From assembly GCA_051313645.2 (NCBI GenBank), contig JBNRSN020000012.1, positions 11,718,001 to 11,782,000 of the forward strand: a stretch of DNA of 64,000 bases, given 5' to 3'. Position 1 is the stretch's first letter. Each line of letters starts with the position of its first letter. Positions 36,621 through 51,005 of this stretch are shown here, piece by piece. The notes below the pieces were generated by a model, which made no database searches, was not told where the DNA came from, and worked only from the letters and a program-made list of their open reading frames with translations. A program made the position numbers and the translations under genes. Source of the DNA: Centroscyllium fabricii (lineage: Eukaryota).

Positions 36621-37020
36621 TGAGAGTGGATCTCATTGAAACTTATAAAATTCTAGCAGGACTAGACAGACTAGATGCAGGAAGGATGTTCCCGATGGTG
36701 GGGGGAGTCTAGAACCAGGGGTCATAGTCTGAGAATAAGGGGTAAGCCATTTAGGACAGAGATGAGGAGGAATTTCTTCACCCAGAGAGTGGTGAACCTG
36801 TGGAATTCTCTACCACAGAAGGCAGTTGAGGCCAATTCAGTAAATATATTCAAGAAGGAGTTGGATATATTTCTTAAGGCTACTGGGATCAAGGGATATG
36901 GGGAGAAGGCACGGACAGGGTACTGAATTTGGATGATCAGCCATGATCTCATCGAATGGCGGAACAGGCTCAAGGGGCCGAATGGCTGACTCCTGCTCCT
37001 ATCTTCTATGTTTCTATGTT
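36621..37020 (+). mobile_element. CR1 LINE 3' end nested in a Deu SINE
   Basis: ESRTRGHSLRIRGKPFRTEMRRNFFTQRVVNLWNSLP; TTTCTATG-type tail. Confidence 0.85.
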
Positions 37021-38149
37021 TTACTTCCACATGACAGGGTAGACGGCTTTTCGGTTTGACGTCTCATCCGAAAGGCGGCACTCCCTCAGTACAGGCACCG
37101 GGAGCGCTGGCCTGAATTATGGGCCCAAGTCCCTGGAGTGGGGACATAAACCCACGACCTTCTGACTCAGAGGTGAGAGTGCCACCCAAACTAGCCCCCG
37201 GCTGACGCTGCACCAAGGAACCTCACTGAACCAGAGTATCAAACGGGTACAAGAGACAATACAATGCGTTTCTGGAGAGAGAAGGGATCGAGGGGCAGGG
37301 TGACAAAGTGGGTAGATTGATCCATCAATAAAGGGTGGAGTAAGCGGAGCCAACTGGCCTTTTTCTCCTCAAGCCCCGGGGTCACTGCTGCCCATCTCCC
37401 TGTCGCTGGTCCATAGCTGGGCCCACGGAGTTCCAGGTTAATCAGCTGGCTTCACTCACAGCCACAGGCCGTGGGTGGGCTACTGGAGACCAGGAGTGGA
37501 CCAGGATTGGATTACATAGAATTACGTGGGGGGTGTAGTTAATACGGAGGAAGAATGCGACCTTGCAGAATGAAACATAGAAACTAGGAGCAGGAGTAGG
37601 CCATTCGGCCCTTCGAGCCTGCTCCGCCATTCAATGAGATCATGGCTGACCATCCAAACCCAGTATCCCACCCCTGCCCTCTCCCCATTGCCCTCGATCC
37701 CCATCGAGCCTGCACCGACACATATCCCAACCTATCCCCGTAACCCCACATATTTAATCACCCTAACACTAAGGGTCAATTTATCCTGGCCAATCAACCT
37801 AACCCGCACATCTTTGGACGCGCAATACCAGATGAATTTCAATATAGATCAGTATGAGATGCTGCATTTTGGGGCCTCCTTGGGAAATCAGAGTCTAAAT
37901 GGGACAGAGGAGCAAAGGGACCTGGGGGTACAGATAAACAAATCACTAAAGGTTGCGACGCAGGTTAATAAGGCCATAAAAAAGGCAAACAATGGGGTTC
38001 ATTTCTAGAGAGATAGAATTGAAAAGCAGAGAAGTGCCGTTAAACTTGTAATGAACTTTAGTTAGACCTCACTAAGAGAATGGAGCACAGTTCTGGTCGC
38101 CATATTATAAAAAGGATATACAGGAACTGGAGAAGGTGCGAAAAATATT

Positions 38150-39350
38150 TACCATTTTAAAAGGATGTAATAGCTGAGCACTTGGAAAACAGCGACAGGA
38201 TCGGACAAAGTCAACATGGATTTACTAAAGGTAAATCGTGCTTGACTAATCTGCTGGAGTTTTTTGAGGATGTAACTGGGAAAATAGATAAGGGAGAACC
38301 AGTAAATGTGGTGTATTTGGACTTTCAAAAGGCTTTTGATAAGGTCCCGCATAAGAGATTAGCGTGTAAAGTTAAGGCACATGGGACTGGGGGCAAGGTA
38401 TTGACTTGGATAGAGAACTGGTTGGCAGACAGAAAGCAAAGAGTTGGAATGAACGGGTCTTTTTCAGAGTGGCAGGCAGTGACTAGTGGGGTACCGCAGG
38501 GATCGGTTCTTGGACCCCAGCTATTCACAATATACATTAATGATCTCGACGAGGGAACTAGATGTAATATCTCCAAGTTTGAAGACGACACAAAGCTGGG
38601 TGGGCGTGTGTGCCGTGAGGAGGATGCCGAGAAACTCCAGTATGATTTGGACAGGTTGGTTGATTGGGCAGAAGCATGGCAGATGCAATATAACGTGGAT
38701 AAATGCGAGGTTATCCACTTTGGTGTCAAAAACAGAAAGGCAGACTATTATCTGAATGGCAATAGATTGGGAGAAGGGGAATTGCAACGAGACCTGGGTG
38801 TTCTTGTGCACCAGTCGCTGAAGGTACGCGTGCAGGTGCAGCAGGCGGTTAAGGCGGCAAATGGTATGTTGGCCTTCATAGCGAAAGGGTTTGAGTACAG
38901 GAACAAGGATGTCCTGCTGCAGTTGCACAGGGTCTTGGTGAGACCACACCTTGAGTACTGTGTGCAGTTTTGGTTGCTTTATCTGAGGAAGGATGTTCTT
39001 GCCATGGAAGGAGTTCAGCGACGATTCACCAGACTGATATCTGGGATGGCAGGAATGACGTATGAGGAGAGATTGGGTCGATTGGGCTTATACTCGCTGG
39101 AGTTTAGAAGAATGAGAGGGCATCTCATCGAAACTTATAACATTCTGACAGGACTGGACAGACCAGATGCAGGAAGGATGTTCCCGATGGTCGGGGAGTC
39201 AACCAGGGGTCACAGTCTAATGATAAGGGGTAAGCCATTTAGGACAGAGGTGAGGAAGAATTTCTTCACCCAGAGAGTGGTGAACCTGTGGAATTCTCTA
39301 CCACAGAAAGTAGTTGAGCCCAAGTTATTAAATATATTCAAGGGTTAGAT
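38150..39350 (+). pseudogene. CR1 ORF2 reverse transcriptase, 5'-truncated (388-aa open frame)
   Basis: QHGFTKGKSCLTNL, YLDFQKAFDKVPH, SGVPQGSVLGP, ISKFEDDTKL; no endonuclease domain; C-terminus cut by a SINE insertion. Confidence 0.9.
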
Positions 39351-39352
39351 AT

Positions 39353-39745
39353 GGGCGGCACGGTGGCATAGTGGTTAGCACTGTTGCCTTACAGTCCTGG
39401 AGACCCGGGTTCAAATCCAGCCTCGGGTACTATCTGTGTGGGGTTTGCACATTCTCCCCGTGTCTGTGTGGGTTTCCTCCGGGTGCTTCAGTTTCCTCCC
39501 ACAGTCCAAAGATGTGCGGGTTAGGTTGATTGGCCATGATAAATTGACCTTTATTGTTAGGGGGATTGAATATGTAGGGTTACGGCGATAGGGTGGGATA
39601 TGTGTCGGTGCAGGCTCGAGAGGGATATGGGGACAAGGCAGGGACGGGGTGCTGGGTTTGGATGATCAGCCATGATCTCGTTGAATGGCGGAGCAGGCTC
39701 GAAGGGCCAAATGGCCTACTCCTGCTCCTATATTCTATGTTTCTA
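39353..39745 (+). mobile_element. V-SINE (HE1-like), full length
   Basis: GGGCGGCACGGTGGCATAGTGG head, B box, V-domain. Confidence 0.85.
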
Positions 39746-41131
39746 TATAGATACATAGATACATAGAAAATAGGTGCAGGAGTAGACCATTCGGCCCTTC
39801 GAGCCTGCACCGCCATTCAACACGTTCATGGCTGAACATGCTACATCAGTACCCCATTCCTGCTTTCTCGCCATATCCCTTGATAGTTCTTACGCTAAAG
39901 GTATCAAGGGGTATGGGGAGAAGGCAGGTACGGGGTACTGAGTTTGGATGATCAGCCATGATCTCATCGAATGGCAGAGCAGGCTCGAGGGGCCGAATGG
40001 CCGACTCCTGCTCCTATCTTCTATGTTTCCAAGTACCAGGATGACACCAGAATTGAGAGGTTATACCGAGCAGGAAAGGATGAACAAGCTGGAGCCCTTT
40101 TCTCTGGAAAAGAGAAGGCTGAGGGGTGACCTGATCGAGGTCTTTCAGTATTATGAAGGGGTTTGATAGGGTAGACGGAGAGAAGATGCCTCCACTTGTG
40201 GAGAGTCCAGAACTAGGGGCCATAAATATAAGACAGTGACTAATAAATCCAATGGGGAATTCACGAGAAACTTCTTTACCAAGAGAGTGGTGAGAATGTG
40301 GAACTCGCTGCCACAGGGAGTGGGTGATGCATTTGAGGGGAAGTTATATAAGCACATGAGGGAGAAAGGAATAGAGGGATATGCTGATAGGGTGAGATGA
40401 AGTGGGGTGGGTGGAGGCTCATGTGGAGCATAAAGACCGGCACGGACCAGTTGGGCCGAATGGCCTGTTGCTGTGTAATTCTGTGCTTAGCTGCGAGGAA
40501 CCTCACCGATGAAGAACATTTCGCCCCATCTCGCACCACTTCACCTGGCCTGTGTGCCCAGACACCCACCCCACCCCCGATCAATGTCAACCAAATCTGT
40601 CACAGCAGCAACAACCAAGGGTTATAAATTGCACATGGGCCTAAAAATACATCAGTGGAGGAGATAACTTCCATAAAATGTTGAGAAAATTAAGTCAAGC
40701 GCCAGAGATTTATGACTTGTCACCTCACACCCGTGGATGTGAGCACCATGACAGGGCAGCGAGAGCGCAGCCTGGAGCTAAAATACCAAACATTCCAAAG
40801 ACTCTCGCACACAAAACAAAACAGGCCAAGTCTGGAAATTTTCGTCCCGTCTATGCTTTGTGGTCCCGACATGTTACAACACAGAATGAAAAAGAGCAAA
40901 TCAACGTCAGCGGTTTCACCAGCGAGGACGACAGCGGGTTTGGACAGTCTTGCACGATCTGGGAATTCTGCCCAGGCCCACAAGGAGCGATGTCACCGGG
41001 ATCGCAGTACGAAGGGTGTGTCAAGGGGGTCTGAGGCGGGCGTAATTACGCAAAGGAGGGCTCCCGGCGCAGAGGCCAACGTCATTTGGAGATCGGGGGG
41101 GGGGGGGCAACATTCTAACACTTGACAGTTT

Positions 41132-44100
41132 CAGACCTGTACCCACCAGTACTGTACCCCAGTGTTATACAGTGACAGACCTGTACCCACCAGTACTGTA
41201 CCCCAGTGTTATACAGTGACAGACCTGTACCCACCAGTACTGTACCCCAGTGTTATACAGTGACAGGCCTGTACCCACCAGTACTGTACCCCAGTGTTAT
41301 ACAGTGACAGACCTGTACCCACCAGTACTGTACCCCAGTGTTATACAGTGACAGACCTGTACCCACCAGTACTGTACCCCAGTGTTATACAGCGACAGAG
41401 CTGTACCCACCAGTACTGTACCCGTGTTATACAGTGACAGACCTGTACCCACCAGTACTGTACCCGTGTTATACAGTGACAGACCTGTACCCACCTGTAC
41501 TGTACCCGTGTTTTACAGAGACAGACCTGTACCCACCAGTACTGTACCCCAGTGTTATACAGTGACAGACCTGTACCCACCTGTACTGTACCCCAGTGTT
41601 TTACAGAGACAGACCTGTACCCACCAGTACTGTACCCCAGTGTTATACAGTGACAGACCTGTACCCACCAGCACTGTACCCCAGTGTTATACAGACAGAC
41701 CTGTACCCACCAGTCCTGTACCCCAGTGTTATACAGTGACAGACCTGTACCCACCAGTACTGTACCCGTGTTACACACTGACAGACCTGTACCCACCAGT
41801 ACTGTACCCCAGTGTTATACAGTGACAAACATGTACCCACCAGCACTGTACCCGTGTTATACAGTGACAGACCTGTACCCACCAGTACTGTACCCGTGTT
41901 ACAGTGACAGACCTGTACCCACCAGCACTGTACCCGTGTTACAGTGACAGACCTGTACCCACCAGTACTGTACCAGTGTTATACAGTGACAGACCTGTAC
42001 CCACCAGCACTGTACCCGTGTTATACAGTGACAGACCTGTACCCACCAGCACTGTACCCCAGTGTTATACAGTGACAGACCTGTACCCACCAGTACTGTA
42101 CCCGTGTTATAGTGACAGACCTGTACCAACCAGTACTGTACCCGTGTTATAGTGACTGACCGGTACCCACCAGTACTGTACCCGTGTTATACAGTGACAG
42201 ACATGTACCCACCAGTACTGTACCCGTGTTATACAGTGACAGACCTGTACCCACCAGCACTGTACCCGTGTTATACAGTGACAGACCTGTACCCACCAGT
42301 ACTGTACCCCAGTGTTATACAGTGACAGACCTGTACCCACCAGTACTGTACCCGTGTTATACAGTGACAGACCTGTACCCACCAGTACTGTACCCATGTT
42401 ACAGTGACAGACCTGTACCCACCAGTACAGTACCCGTGTTATACAGCGACAGACCTGTACCCACCAGTACTGTACCCGTGTTATACAGTGACAGACCTGT
42501 ACCCACCAGTACTGTACCCGTGTTATACAGTGACAGACCTGTACCCACCAGTACTGTACCCCAGTGTTATACAGTGACAGACCTGTACCCACCAGTACTG
42601 TACCCCAGTGTTATACAGTGACAGACCTGTACCCACCAGTACTGTACCCGTGTTATACAGTGACAGACCTGTACCCACCAGCACTGTACCCGTGTTATAC
42701 AGTGACAGACCTGTACCCACCAGCACTGTACCCCAGTGTTATACAGTGACAGACCTGTACCCACCAGTACTTTACCCGTGTTACAGTGACAGACCTGTAC
42801 CCACCAGTACTGCACCCGTGTTACAGTGACTGACCGGTACCCACCAGTACTGTACCCGTGTTATACAGTGACAGACCTGTACCCACCAGTACTGTACCCC
42901 AGTGTTAGTGACAGACCTGTACCCACCAGTACTGTACCCGTGTTATACAGGGACAGACCTGTACCCCCCAGTACTGTACCCCAGTGTTATACAGTGACAG
43001 ACCTGTACCCACCAGTACTGTACCCGTGTTATACAGTGACAGACCTGTACCCACCAGCACTGTACCCGTGTTATACAGTGACAGACCTGTACCCACCAGC
43101 ACTGTACCCCAGTGTTATACAGTGACAGACCTGTACCCACCAGTACTGTACCCGTGTTATAGTGACAGACCTGTACCCACCAGTACTGCACCCGTGTTAC
43201 AGTGACTGACCGGTACCCACCAGTACTGTACCCGTGTTATACAGTGACAGACCTGTACCCACCAGTACTGTACCCGTGTTATACAGTGACAGACCTGTAC
43301 CCACCAGTACTGTACCCGTGTTATACAGTGACAGACCTGTACCCACCAGTACTGTACCCCAGTGTTACACAGTGACAGACCTGTACCCACCAGTACTGTA
43401 CCCGTGTTATACAGTTACAGACCTGTACCCACCAGTACTGTACCCGTGTTACAGTGACAGACCTGTACCCACCAGTACTGTACCCGTGTTATACAGTGAC
43501 AGACCTGTACCCACCAGTACTGTACCCGTGTTATACAGCGACAGACCTGTACCCAGCAGTACTGTACCCCAGTGTTATACAGTGACAGACCTGTACCCAC
43601 CAGTACTGTACCCCAGTGTTACAGTGACAGACCTGTACCCACCAGTACTGTACCCGTGTTATACAGTTACAGACCTGTACCCACCAGTACTGTACCCCAG
43701 TGTTAGTGACAGACCTGTACCCACCAGTACTGTACCCGTGTTATACAGGGACAGACCTGTACCCCCCAGTACTGTACCCGTGTTATACAGTGACAGACCT
43801 GTACCCACCAATACTGTACCCGTGTTATACAGTGACAGACCTGTACCCACCAGTACTGTACCCGTGTTATACAGTGACAGACCTGTACCCACCAGTACTG
43901 TACCCGTGTTATACAGTGACAGACCTGTACCCACCAGTACTGTACCCGTGTTACACAGTGACAGACCTGTATCCACCAGCACTGTACCCGTGTTATACAG
44001 TGACAGACCTGTACCCACCAGTACGGTACCCGTGTTATACAGTGACAGACCTGTACCCACCAATACTGTACCCGTGTTATACAGTGACAGAACTGTACCC

Positions 44101-46864
44101 ACCAGTACTGTACCCGTGTTATACAGTGACAGACCTGTACCCACCAGTACTGTACCCGTGTTATACAGTGACAGACCTGTACCCACCAGCACTGTACCCC
44201 AGTGTTATACAGTGACAGACCTGTACCCACCAGTACTGTACCCATGTTATACAGTGACAGACCTGTACCCACCAGTACTGTACCCGTTATACAGTGACAG
44301 ACCTGTACCCACCAGTACTGTACACCAGTGTTATACAGTGACAGACCTGTACCCACCAGTACTGTACCCGTGTTATACAATGACAGACCTGTACCCACCA
44401 GCACTGTACCCCAGTGTTGTACAGTGACAGAGCTGTACCCACCAGTACTGTACCCGTGTTACAGTGACAGACCTGTACCCACCAGCACTGTACCCGTGTT
44501 ATACAGTGACAGACCTGTACCCCCCAGTACTGTACCCGTGTTATACAGTGACAGACCTGTACCCACCAATACTGTACCCGTGTTATACAGTGACAGACCT
44601 GTACCCACCAGTACTGTACCCATGTTATACAGTGACAGACCTGTACCCACCAGTACTGTGCCCGTGTTATACAATGATAGATCTGTACCCACCAGTACTG
44701 TACCCGTGTTATACAGCGACAGACCTGTACCCACCAGTACTGTACCCCAGTGTTAGTGACAGACCTGTACCCACCAGTACTGTACCCGTGTTATACTGGG
44801 ACAGACCTGTACCCCCCAGTACTGTACCCCAGTGTTATACAGTGACAGACCTGTACCCACCAGTACTGTGCCCGTGTTATACAATGATAGATCTGTACCC
44901 ACCAATACTGTACCCGTGTTATACAGTGACAGACCTGTACCCACCAATACTGTACCCATATTATACAGTGACAGACCTGTACCCACCAGTACTGTGCCCG
45001 TGTTATACAATGATAGATCTGTACCCACCAGTACTGTACCCATATTATACAGTGACAGACCTGTACCCAGCAGTAATGTACCCGTTTTATACAGTGACAG
45101 ACCTGTACCCACCAGTACTGTACCCGTGTTATAGAGACAGACCTGTACCCAGCAGTACTGTACCCAAGTGTTACAGTGAAAGACTTGTACCCATCAGTAT
45201 TGTACCAGTGTTATACAGTGACAGACATTTACCCATCCGTACTGTACCCGTGTTATAGTGACTGACCTGTACCTACCACTACTGTATATCAGTGTTATAG
45301 TGACAGACCCGTACCCACCAGTACTGTACCCCAGTATTAGTGACAGACCTGTACCCACCGTAATGTACCCGTTTAATGCAGCGACAGACCTGTACCCACC
45401 AGTACTGTGTCCCAGTGTTACAGTGACAGACCTGTACCCACCAGTACTGTACTCCAGTGTTATACAGCGACAGACCTGTACCCACCAGTACTGTACCCGT
45501 GATATACAGCAGCAGACCTGTACCCACCAGTACTGTACCCGTGTTATACAGTGCCAGACCTGTACCCACCAGTACTGTACCCGTGTTATACAGTGACAGA
45601 CCTGTACCCACCAATACTGTACCCGTGTTATACAGTGACAGACCTGTACCCACCAGTACTGTACCCGTGTTACAGTGACAGACCTGTACCCACCTATACT
45701 GTACCCGTGTTATACAGTGACAGACCTGTACCCACCAATACTGTACCCGTGTTATACAGTGACAGACCTGTACCCACCAGTACTGTGCCGTGTTGTACAA
45801 TGATAGATCTGTACCCACCAGTACTGTACCCGTGTTATACAGAGACATACCTGTACCCAGCAGTAATGTACCCCAGTGTTATACAGTGACAGACCTGTAC
45901 CCACCAGTACTGTACCCGTGTTATAGAGACAGACCTGTACCCAGCAGTACTGTACCCAAGTGTTACACAGTGAAAGACTTGTACCCACCAGTATTGTACC
46001 AGTGTTATACAGTGACAGACATTTACCCATCCGTACTGTACCCCAGTGTTATAGTGACTGACCTGTACCTATCACTACTGTATATCTGTGTTATAGTGAC
46101 AGACCCGTACCCACCAGTACTGTACCCCAGTATTAGTGATAGACCTGTACCCACCGTAATGTACCCGTTTAATGCAGCGACAGACCTGTACCCACCAGTA
46201 CTGTGTCCCAGTGTTACAGTGACAGACCTGTACCCACCAGTACTGTACTCCAGTGCTATACAGCGACAGGCCTGTACCCACCAGTACTGTACCCGTGATA
46301 TACAGCAGCAGACCTGTACCCACCAATACTGTACCCGTGTTATACAGTGACAGACCTGTACCCACCAGTACTGTACCCGTGTTATACAGTGACAGACCTG
46401 TACCCACCAGTACTGTACCCGTGTTATACAGTGACAGACCTGTACCCACCAGTACTGTACCCGTGTTATACAGTGAGACCTGTACCCACCAGTACTGTAC
46501 CCGTGTTATACAGTGACAGACCTGTACCCACCAGTACTGTACCCGTGTTATACAGTGACAGACCTGTACCCACCAGTACTGTGCCCGTGTTATACAATGA
46601 TAGATCTATACCCACCAGTACTGTACCCGTGTTATACAGAGACAGACCTGTACCCACCAGTACTGTACCCGTGTTATACACTGACAGACCTGTACCCACC
46701 AGTACTGTACCCCAGTGTTATACACTGACAGACCTGTACCCACCAGTACTGTACCCCAGTGTTATACAGTGACAGACCTGTACCCACCAGTACTGTACCC
46801 CAGTGTTATACACTGACAGACCTGTACCCACCAGTACTGTACCCCAGTGTTATACAGAGACAGA
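41132..46864. repeat. 5.7-kb tandem satellite, 42/44-bp unit (40-bp variants), roughly 130 copies
   Basis: Unit ACAGTGACAGACCTGTACCCACCAGTACTGTACCC(CA)GTGTTAT seen directly. Confidence 0.97.
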
Positions 46865-47310
46865 TGTGCTGGGTTGTCTTTCCACAGTTCACGTGGATAC
46901 AGTGACCAATATTTTCCACTGATGAAATCTGCAGCCAATGATTGTCCACCTGTTCATGACTAATCCGAGTGAGAATGCCGATATGGACTAAGAGCAGTGG
47001 CAGAATAAGCTGCTCTCTGGGTCATTGAACCGCGTCTGTGCACCGGCCCTAATTACACATCTCCAGAGTTAACCCATCACCACCGGTTCGAGCCGCTGGC
47101 CTGTTCCCCCTGCCCTGGAACCCCTCCTCCCAGCAGTGTTTCCTGTGTGCGCCGCCGACTCGTTCCCATCCGCTCGCACCCGGGCTGGTCTCCCGATCTC
47201 CCGCCCGTAGGTGCTCTCCATTGCCTGTTCATTGCTTCCTTCGCCTGCGCTCAGGCCCAGCGATGCCACACCCCCCCGGTGCACAGCCGATGCTGGTAAT
47301 CCCATTAATG

Positions 47311-47850
47311 CAATTTTGGTCACCTTATCTGAGGAAGGATGTTCTTGCCATGGAAGGAATGCAGCGAAGATTCACCAGACTGATACCTGGGATGGCAGGA
47401 ATGACGTATGAGGAGAGATTGGGTCGATTGGGCTTGTAGTCGCTGGAGTTTCGAAGATTGAGAGGGGATCTCATCGAAACCTATAAAATTCTGACAGACT
47501 GGACAGACTAGATGCAGGAAGGATGTTCCCGATGGTGGGGGAGTCCAGAACCAGGGGTCACAGTCTAAGGATAAGGGGTAAGCCATTTAGGACTGAGATG
47601 AGGAGGAATTTCTTCACCCAGAGAGTGGTGAACCTGTGGAATTATCTACCACAGAGGGTGGTGGAGACCAGTTCATTAAATATATTCAAGAAGGAGTTGG
47701 ATATATTCCTTAAGGCTAAAGGGATCAAGGGATATGGGGAGAAGGCAGGGACCGGGTACTGAGTTTGGATGATCAGCCATGATCTCATTGAATCAGGCTC
47801 GAGGGGCCGAATGGCCGACTCCTGCTCCGATCTTCTTTGTTTCTATGTTA
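47311..47850 (+). mobile_element. CR1 LINE 3' end
   Basis: QFWSPYLRKDVLAMEGMQRRFTRLIPG through to the tail. Confidence 0.85.
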
Positions 47851-48349
47851 AGCCCCAGGGGACGACCAAAGGTACATCGTTCGCACAAGGTGGGAGAGTT
47901 ATGGTGCTAAAGCAATTGAGCTTCAGTGGCCCAAGCAGCCTCCTCTTGGCATCTGACTTGTCAGTGGCTGCAGCACTGGTGATTCAACACTAGATGCTGC
48001 TAGCGCCCTCAACAGCTGTTGTATCTTGGCTGCACAGCTCACTACAGACACCTAGAGTTAAAGTATGGCCATTACAGCAACTGCCCTTCCCCAGCCATTC
48101 TCTTGCCTATGGCATGTGGCCTCCATCCATCCTGAAAACTGACGGGTTAGGAAGTCCTGCAGCTCAGTGTCCAATCCGTGGGGAGATAACTGGTCTCAGT
48201 GGGCAATCCTGGCTTCAGTACGCCAACGTTGTGCTGGGGATTGACCCCAGCCCTGGTTCCTGCTCATTAACCCATGACCCCTGCAGATATCCCCAAACCG
48301 AGGCCCCGCATGCCCTCTCAGGTGGACATAAATGATCCCACGGCCACTG

Positions 48350-49047
48350 CAGGTCCGACACCGTTAATCTGGAACCGGCGGGACCAGGCTGATGCCGGAC
48401 AAGTGAAAAACCCAAACGATTGAAGCTTCGGCGAGCGCATGCGCAGACCATTCAAAATGGCCACCGCGCAGGCCGGCGGCCATTTTGAATAGTCTGCGCA
48501 TGCACTCGCCGAAGAATCAATCGATCGTTCGGGGAGGCCCGGGCATGCGCAGCCAAGCGCGGTGGCCATTTTACGCATGCACAGCCAAGCGTGGCGGCCA
48601 TTTTGCGTATGCGCAGACCAGTCTGGCAGTGGCCCAGGCTTGCGCAGCCAAGCGCGGCGGCCATTTTACGCATGCACAGCCAAGCGTGGTGGCCATTTTG
48701 CGTATGCGCAGACCAGTCCGGCAGTGGCCCAGGCTTGCGCAGCCAAGCGCGGCGGCCATTTTACGCATGCACAGCCAAGCGCGGCGGCCATTTTGCGTAT
48801 GCGCAGACCAGTCCGGCAGTGGCCCAGGCTTGCGCAGCCAGGCGCAGCGGCCATTTTGCGCATGTGCAGACCAGTCGGTCAGTCAGGGAAAGGACCAGGC
48901 ATGCGCAGCCAAGCGCGGCAGCCATTTTGCGTATGCGCAGCCAAGCACGGCGGCTATTTTGCGCATGCGCAGACCAGTCGGCCGGATTCGTTCCGGACGA
49001 CTGAAGTTTCTGGATTACCGGTGCCCAGTTTAACGGCGCCGGATCTG
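48350..49047. mobile_element. Tc1/mariner-type MITE with internal 95-bp CpG-rich tandem array
   Basis: Imperfect TIRs CAGGTCCGACACCGTTAATCTGG / CCAGTTTAACGGCGCCGGATCTG; inserted at the TA of a Deu SINE (CGGCCAC-TA-TTT; left copy reads TG). Confidence 0.7.
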
Positions 49048-49299
49048 TATTTGGAAAAAGAGCGGGTGGGATGGGGGGTGGTGGGGGTGGGGAGGTTCTC
49101 CCTGGTGTCCTGGGCCAATATTTATCCCTCAACCAAAATTCAGATTATCCAGCCATTTGTCGCATTGCTGTTTGTGGGAGCTTGCTGTGCGCAAATTGGC
49201 TGCTGCGTTTCCTCCCTTACAACAATGACTACACTTGAACAAAAATACTTGACTGGCTGTGAAGCGATTTCGGACGTCCTGAGGTGGTGGAAGACACTC

Positions 49300-49980
49300 T
49301 AGAAATAGAAACATAGAAAATAGGTGCAGGAGTAGACCATTCCGTCCTTCAAGCCTGCACCGCCATTTAATGCGTTCATGGCTGAACATGCTACCTCAGT
49401 ACCCCATTCCTGCTTTCTCGCCATACCCCTTGATCCCCCTAGTTGTGAGTATTATATCTAACTCCCTTTTGAATATATTTAGCGAACTGGCCTCAACAAC
49501 CTTCTGTGGTAGAGAATTCCACAGATTCACCACTCTCTGGGTGAAGAAGTTCCTCCTCATCTCAGTCTTAAATGGCCTCCCCTTTATCCTTAGACTGTGA
49601 CCCCTGGTTCTAGTCTTCCCTAACATTGGAAACATTCTGCCCGCATCTAACTTGTCTAAACCAGTCAGGATTTTAAACGTCTCTAAGATCCCCCCTCATT
49701 CTTCTGAACTCCAGAGGATACAAGTTCAGTTGATCCAGTCTTTCTTGATATGTCAGTCCGGCCATCCCAGGAATCAATCTAGTGAACCTTCGCTGCACTC
49801 CCTCAATAGCAAGAATGTCCTTCCTCAAGTTAGGAGACCAAAACTGCACACAATACTCCAGGTGTGGCCTCACCAAGGCCCTGTACAACTGTAGCATCAC
49901 CTCCCTACTCCTGTACTCAAATCCCCTTGCTATGAAGGCCATCATGCCATTTGCTTTCTTGACCGCCTGCTGCACTTGCA
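49300..49980 (-). mobile_element. CR1 LINE 3' portion
   Basis: LYRALVRPHLEYCVQFWSP...RMRGDL. Confidence 0.9.
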
Positions 49981-50627
49981 TTCCCAGAAATGCACGTTTT
50001 TTTTCTTTCAAAGTAGCCCCCCCCTCCCGCCCGCCCGCCCGCCAACAGACAATCGCCTTTGGGGGAATGGGGGAAACGATTGGGGAAAAATTGAAAAAAA
50101 ACACTTCCTCATCAATCACCCAAACTCTTGGGGTTTGCTGCACAGAACCGACTGAATGAAATAAAACTTTTTATAGATACACGTATCTACAGACTCTCGC
50201 TAATGGTGGCTGGGGGTGGAATGGAAGGCTGACACTTCACCAGTAACTAAATATTTTGAGAGGTTAAAATCCATATGTTAGTGCTTGTAGAAATATTATA
50301 TTCAGTCGGAGCATCTGTCTTAAATCTCGAGCTGGAGGGAGGCCAAGACTGTGAGTGTAATCCTGTCAAAGCTTTTTCTGTAGCTCAGGGCTATTAGTAC
50401 AACATTCAAGCATCACTCAAGCAGAGCCACCCTGTCTATTGCATTCACTGGTGGACAGGTACGCTGCAGCACGGATTGCAGAGAGGGCTTCACTCGACAT
50501 TTTGCTTCTACCCAACCCCTCTCCGAATCCTAATGTGGTCCTCCTACCATGGTCACCCCGAAGTTCAATTGAGGAGGCCCCGTGTACCTACCCCCACTTC
50601 TAAAAAAAAAAAAAAAACCCTCTATGC

Positions 50628-51005
50628 AGACACTCCCGGTGCAGTGCTGAGGGAATGCTGCACTGTCACAGGGGCCGTCTTTCGGGTGAGACGTTAAACC
50701 GAGGCCCTGTCTGCGCTCTCAGGTGGATGTAAAAGACCCCACGGCCACGGTTTCGTAGACGAGCAGGGGGAGTTATTTCCCAGTGTCCTGGGGCCAATAT
50801 TTATCCCTCAACTAACATCACTAAAACGGATTATCTGCTCATTATCACATTGCTGTTGGTGGGAGCTTGCTGTGCGCAAATTGCCTGCCGCGTTTCCTGC
50901 GTTACAACAGCGACCACACTTCAAAAAGAATGTACTTCATTGGCTGCAAAGCACTTTGGGACGTCCAGTGTGGGCGTGTAAGGTGCTTTCGAAATGCAAG
51001 TCTTG
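50628..51005 (+). mobile_element. Deu-domain SINE
   Basis: Deu core and tail present. Confidence 0.75.

Noticed and set aside
38182-39348. 388-aa RT ORF as an active retrotransposon, retron or domesticated gene
   Set aside because: It is a 5'-truncated CR1 without the endonuclease or a true ATG start, the FADD motif reads FEDD, and a SINE disrupts the C-terminus
39353-39425. tRNA genes at SINE heads
   Set aside because: A and B boxes are present but run directly into V-SINE or Deu-SINE bodies in many copies
41132-46864. Long repetitive ORFs (for example 397 aa at 43234-44427) and a superficial resemblance to a CRISPR array
   Set aside because: The ORFs arise from a 42-bp unit lacking stops and shift frame at 44- and 40-bp variants; there are no unique spacers or cas genes and the context is eukaryotic
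48485-49302. 182-246 aa ORFs
   Set aside because: Open in several frames and strands because of a GC-rich tandem repeat
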